Position numbers and translations under genes: made by a program. Below, piece by piece: positions 56,673-64,000 of a stretch of 64,000 bases of DNA. The notes under the pieces are model-generated. The model had not been told where the DNA came from. It saw only the letters and a list, made by a program, of their open reading frames with translations, and ran no database searches. The stretch comes from the human T2T-CHM13v2.0 reference genome, Homo sapiens: NCBI RefSeq assembly GCF_009914755.1, contig NC_060932.1. One strand, 5' to 3'. Positions within the stretch are counted from its first letter, which is position 1. Each line of letters begins with the position of its first letter.

Positions 56673-59145
56673 ATATGCCATTAGAGACACCAATTTTTTA
56701 GAAGTATACTAGCTCCTCAATCTGCGTACTTTTCTAAATACCTCGTCTTTATTATTACTTTTGAGTGTATGTGCTTTATTTTTACTTTCTGTGTCCAGTT
56801 GTAAAGCGAAATTCTTCTGATTTGTGTTCGAAAGCAGTTTAGTGGCACAATACAATTAGACTTATAATAACAATTTCCATCAATATGTCATTAAGAAGTG
56901 TCTAGCCTGTTTTTTTTAAGAGAGATGGAAAAAAAATACAGAGCACAAAATACAGTTCTTTGCCAGAGAACTATAACTGTGTTGTAAGCCTTTTGAAAGG
57001 AACTGGGAAAAGAAAGAATCTATCCTTCCTCTGAATAGACAGCCCTTGTTTCTCTCTCAGTCTTGGGACCAGAAGCTGCAGTGATTACTAGCAGCTTGTA
57101 TCGGGAGGTTTCCAAAGTTGTTTCTCTTAAAAAAAGCAATCAGGATGTTCACAGGTTTTGTCAGTGTGAGGTGTGTGGGAGGGATATAAGGGTTTGGGGG
57201 TTTGCTATAAAGAAATAACAGGTTTGTTATTAATTTTATTTTTCAACTTAGAGCAAAAAATAAAAATATCCATCTGATGTTTTCTAAAGTTTAGCAGCTA
57301 ACTTGCAATGCACATCAGTCTCCAGGATATCAATGTGAAAAGACAGCTCTAACCTACCACATTCTGCAGCGGAGAAGACCATTGTAGAGTCAATTATTAA
57401 TAATTGTCAAGGTGATAAGGACTGTAATTCATGGATATCTGTGTGTATTATATATTAGTAGAATGTCATATATCATCATCATAGCAAACTTAGATCATTA
57501 AAGTTATATGCCATTAATTTAAATGGCATTAGTAACACTTAAACTTGGGATGTAATCACAATTTTGACTCAAAAGTCAGCTGCTTAATTCTGCTAACCAT
57601 CACTTCACTCTCCATGGTGTCTCCCATCTAACCCCCTATGCTCGGTCTTTTCTTGTTTCCTTTCTCCTCTTCAAGTCAAAACTTCCTTTCCATTTAAGCA
57701 ATGTGGGGGGCTAGAAAGTTCACAATTATGTGTACTTGAAACATCACTTTTTTCTCTAGTTCTTTTTATTTGTAGGAGAAGCAGTGACTAAATTGTCATT
57801 AAGGCTCCTTCCTGCTCTGAACTTCCGTGATGCCGCCCTTTGTTTTCTGTACCGTTTATTCACATTATTTTTTTATCATTTCAGGAAGCTTTTCTTGGCA
57901 TTTTAAATATGCATCAAACCTTCAGTAAAGGGATAATACTCTGGAAATAGAAATTGCAGGACAAGTTAATGGGACTTCATAATGACGTTGGTAATCCTTG
58001 GCTTAAGCATTTTCAAGAATGTACCAACTATAAGAGAAATCTATTTTTTTTTGTTTTGATTTCTCTTAAATCAGTGGCTGTAGGTTAATGCATACATGTA
58101 TAACTAATGCAGAAGTGGTTTGGCAGGAGAAGACCTGGAGGAGTTAGGCACCCTCTGCCATAGCTCACCATTGCTCAGTTGGGTGTATGGGACCCCTCTT
58201 GCTAGATTGACTTCTTTCTTTTTTTTAGTAGATACCAGATATATGAAATTTCATGTTAAACTTGCAGATCTGAAGTCTTATCAAATTGTTTTCACGAAGC
58301 ATCACGACTCCAGCAAAACTCACAAGATATGGCACTCGGCCCTCCAGTTTGTCTCAAATCAATGACTTGGTCATGTTTTGTTAAGAGATTTAAAGAATCA
58401 GGGAGCCAGTTGGTCCTCATTTTCAGTAATTATCTTCGCTTGAGCTGTGGGCATACAACACTTTTTCTAGATTTGTAGAATAGTGTTATGTCATGGCCCT
58501 TTATTGAACACTGATTTGATCACTGAGTTTCTGTGGCTCTCTGTTTCCCATTTGCAAAGAAAAACAATCATAAAATTACATTGCTAAAAAGGGCCCTAAA
58601 ATTTCCAGGCCAAAGTCCAAATTTGTACATGAGAAAAAAAGGTGTTGAGGAGTGAAGTTGCTCGCTTGGCTTTTAGAGGTCATTTCCGTCCGTCCCTGCC
58701 CATGAATCCAGGTCTTCATTTTCTCAGTGTTGTCCTTGCCTCTTCCCTTTCAGGCTTATAATAACAAAAGTAATCAATAGAGGCACAAAGGAATTCAAAA
58801 GAATGATACCAGAAGACTAAAGACTATTGATCATTTTACCCTTCTGTTAAAGGATGTTTTCCTTTTATTTAAAATGTTTATATTTTTCTAAAATATCTTT
58901 GAAATTACAGAGATTTTTTTTTTTCCTTTGGCTTACAGAATGCTGAGGTCATGATATGATGGATGCAGTTTGGTGTAGCAGAAATAATATTGTAAAAAAG
59001 GTTTGCATTATAGATTCGTTTTGTGTTTGGGTGAAAGTTAGGGTGCCTTAAGTCTTAATCTTAAGCTTTTTTTCCAGTTACTTAACATCTGGATCCTTAA
59101 TAATAAATTTGTTCAGTATGAATCTACTAGGAGATCCTAAATAAC

Positions 59146-60860
59146 TTCTCTCTCTCTCTCTATATATATATGTATAAAATATATAAAATATATATAATAT
59201 ATAAATATGTATAAAATATATAAAATATATATAATATATAAATATATATTATATATAAAATATATATAATATATAAATATATATTATATATAAAATATAT
59301 ATAATATATAAATATATATTATATATAAAATATATATAATATATAAATATATATTATATATAAAATATATATAATATATAAATATATATTATATATAAAA
59401 TATATATAATATATAAATAAATATTATATATAAAATATATATAATGTATAAATAAATATTATATATAAAATATATATAATGTATAAATAAATATTATATA
59501 TAAAATATATATAATATATAAATATATATTATATATAAAATATATATAATATATAAATATATATTATATATAAAAAATATATAATATATAAATATATATT
59601 ATATATAAAAAATATAATATATAAATATATATTATATATAAAAAATATAATATATAAATATATATTATATAAAATATATATAATATATAAATATATATTA
59701 TATAAAATATATATAATATATAAATATATATTATATAAAATATATAATATATAAATATATGTTATATAAAATATATAATATATAAATATATGTTATATAA
59801 AATATATAATATATAAATATATGTTATATAAAATATATAATATATAAATATATGTTATATAAAATATATAATATATAAATATATGTTATATAAAATATAT
59901 AATATATAAATATATGTTATATAAAATATATAATATATAAGTATATGTTATATAAAATATATAATATATAAGTATATGTTATATAAGAAATAGATATAAT
60001 ATATAAGTATATGTTATATATGAAATAGATATAATATATAAATATATGTTATATATGAAATAGATATAATATATAAATATATGTTATATATGAAATAGAT
60101 ATAATATATAAATATATGTTATATATGAAATAGATATAATATATAAATATATGTTATATATGAAATAGATATAATATATAAATATATGTTATATATGAAA
60201 TAGATATAATATATAAATATATGTTATATATGAAATAGATATAATATATAAATATATGTTATATATGAAATAGATATAATATATAAATATATGTTATATA
60301 TGAAATAGATATAATATATAAATATATGTTATATATAATATATATATTTATAAATATAAATATATGTTATATATAATATATATAAAATATATAAAAATAT
60401 ATAATATATATAAAATATATAAAAATATATAATATATATAAAATATATAAATATATATAATATATTATATAAATATATAAAATATAATATATAAAAATAT
60501 AATATATAATATATATAATATTTATATTTTAAAAATATATTTTATATATAATTATATAATAATATAAAAATATATAATATATTATATAAATATATAATAT
60601 ATTATATATAAACATATATAATATAAATATATAATATATTATATATAAACATATATAATATATATTATATATTTTTATATAATATATTATATATAAACAT
60701 ATATAATATATATTATATATGTTTATATAATATATAATATAAAAATAATATATAAAATATATATAATATATAAAAGTTATATATAATATATAAAAAAATA
60801 TATATTATATATATAAAATTATATATAATTATATATAAAATCTACATAAAATATATATAT
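59146..60860. repeat. AT-rich compound minisatellite (31-35 bp units), ~1.7 kb
   Basis: Units taaaatatatataatatataaatatatattatata (35), gttatataaaatatataatatataaatatat (31), gttatatatgaaatagatataatatataaatatat (35). Confidence 0.97.
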
Positions 60861-60909
60861 TTTGAAGACAGCTTTCCATGTTGGCAGTAATATGTCCATG
60901 ATATCCTCA

Positions 60910-61419
<510 letters not shown>

Positions 61420-62024
61420 CTATTATGATGATTCATGTTGAAGCCACCTTGCTGGAGAAGTGTTGAAAACTCTTGATTCTTGGAGATTAGGTGTCAAAAT
61501 ATTCAAGGTTTGGCTATTTTTAGCAATTTATCAGTGAAGTGTCTTGCTGCTAGAAATAGTGGTCAGGCTTTGAATCTACAAATCCCTTGTCTTCACTGAA
61601 AGCCATTTTTTTTTTTCAAAATTGCAGAAAGGAAAACATCTGTAGTATTTTCACCTAGGGTTAGGTGAGAACATCATAGGTGCTTTGAATGTGTGTGGGC
61701 ATTTACTTTTTTTTGTTTTTTTAAGTTATTTAAAAGTTTAAATGGTTTTATTGGAACACGTTAGATTAAAAGATGAGCCCCAAATGTTTAATGTAACCCT
61801 TGTTTATAGAAACACCCATGTGTGTAATTGAAATTCTGAAGAGAAAGAGTTTAATTCTGAAGTTCTCAGTCAGCTGATGCCAAGGCATTGATCTCAGAGC
61901 ACTTAAGTCAGAATCTCAGTGGGAAGGACCCAGGGTTTTGTTTGTTGTTGTTTGCTTGTTTGTTTGTTTGTTTTAAGTTCCTCAGGTTGTTCCCAATTTG
62001 GGAACTTAAGACTGAGAGCCATGG

Positions 62025-62640
<616 letters not shown>

Positions 62641-62815
62641 GAGCCATGGATTTAATGCATGCATTGATTGTGTATAAACGTAGAAACTGTCCTTTCTTGA
62701 GAATTCAAGAAGTTATTTGAAGATTCCTATAATGACAAAAGCATAAGGTATGAAGATGACCGCCAATGGTTCACCTCTTCCTCCCTATTAGGCCTTATCT
62801 TTCCACCTTGCATCC

Positions 62816-63165
62816 TATACTCGTCTGTTCTCATGTTGCTATAAGAACATACCTGGGACTGGGAAATTTATAAAGGAAAGATATTTAATTGACTCACAGT
62901 TCAACATGGCTGGGTAGGCCCTAGGAAACTTATAATTATGGCAGAAGGGGAAGAAAACATGTCCTAATTCACATGGTGGCAGCAAGAAGTGCTGAGCAAA
63001 AGGGGGAAAAGCCCTTTGTAAAACCATCGGATCTCATGAGAACTTTCGTGAGAACCACCCCCATGATTCAATTATCTCCCACCGGATCCCTCCCACAACA
63101 CGTGGGGATTATGGGAACTACAATTCAAGGTGAGATTTGGGTGGGGACACAGACAAACCGTATCA
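62816..63165 (-). mobile_element. THE1-family MaLR solo LTR
   Basis: Ends gagatttgggtggggacacagacaaaccgtatca. Perfect 5-bp TSD catcc (62811-62815 / 63166-63170). Confidence 0.93.
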
Positions 63166-63702
63166 CATCCTAAACCCTTTGCATGAGTGAAATTGAATGT
63201 TGGCACACAACGTTTCACCTTTTGGGAGCTAGCCTTTTCTTGCTAGGGTAAAAGAATTCAGGTATTAATAAAACTAATGTGATTATATGGAAAGATTATA
63301 CAGTATGGAAGGAACATTTTAAGAACATGAGGTTAGAGATTGTGCCATGTTTCTCTTGTGGACAAGAACATAGGGGCCCATAAATGGAGATTCCTTGTTT
63401 TCCTTTAACCTTCATCTAATGTGTCTTAGGTATTACATCTCAGGATGTAAATGATAAGAGGCCATATTTATGAAAGGACTAATATTTTTGTACTTATCTT
63501 AGTGTCTGAAGGATGTAGGCCTGGTAGTTCCTCATACGGAGTAGGGTGAGGCCCTAGTCACTGTCTACTGTTAACCAAAAGAGGTGGGCAGGAACCCCTG
63601 GCCTACACACCTTTGCCATTGTAGGAAATATAGCATAGGCATTACATCTAAAGCAAGCTTTCCTAATATTACTACCCTGTTCCTAACTACCAATGGTTCT
63701 TT

Positions 63703-63848
63703 TTTTTTTTTTTTTTTTTTTGAGATGGAGTCTCACTGTTGCCCAGGCTGGAGTGCAGTGGCGCGATCCCGACTCACTGCAGGCTCTGCCCCACGGGGTT
63801 CACGCCATTCTCCAGCCTCAGCCTCCTGAGTAGCTGGGACTACAGGCG
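63703..63848 (-). mobile_element. AluY, 5'-truncated (right arm only)
   Basis: Poly(T), ttcacgccattctc diagnostic, 13-bp TSD ccaatggttcttt (63690-63702 / 63849-63861). Confidence 0.92.
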
Positions 63849-64000
63849 CCAATGGTTCTTTATTTATGAAAAGCCCCTTGTAAAACCTGGTTCAAGTAAA
63901 ACATTTTGTGATTTATTTAATTGTTGCATATGAATAAATATAGTTTTTAAAAAGTATCAGATGAAAATGTATATCTATGAACTTACCACTATACTTAGAA

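Noticed and set aside
59146-60860. CRISPR-like array
   Set aside because: Head-to-tail repeats without unique spacers, eukaryotic context and no cas genes.

Overview
Primate (almost certainly human) genomic DNA. The first ~46.5 kb is repeat-rich intergenic sequence: Alu/FAM SINEs, old L1 and L2 LINEs, MaLR, MER52 and LTR16-type solo LTRs, and Tigger DNA transposons. A CpG island at ~46.75-48.25 kb holds the promoter and first coding exon of the netrin receptor gene UNC5D (+ strand; signal peptide [35 protein letters not shown], splice donor at 47491). The rest of the window is the start of its large intron 1. No other protein-coding sequence is supported, and I see no evidence for a new multi-gene system. 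The most notable oddities are: a G-depleted, apparently G-to-A hypermutated ERV LTR just upstream of the promoter; a fold-back inverted duplication ending a truncated MER52 LTR, with an AluY inserted at its apex; a consensus-like AluYa5; a 1.7-kb AT-rich minisatellite with palindromes; a strong-Kozak uORF and a G4 motif near the 5' end; a poly(A)-only TPRT insertion; and a dispersed 53-bp duplication. Repeat subfamily names come from my recall of consensus sequences, not from a database search, and boundaries of old repeats are approximate.
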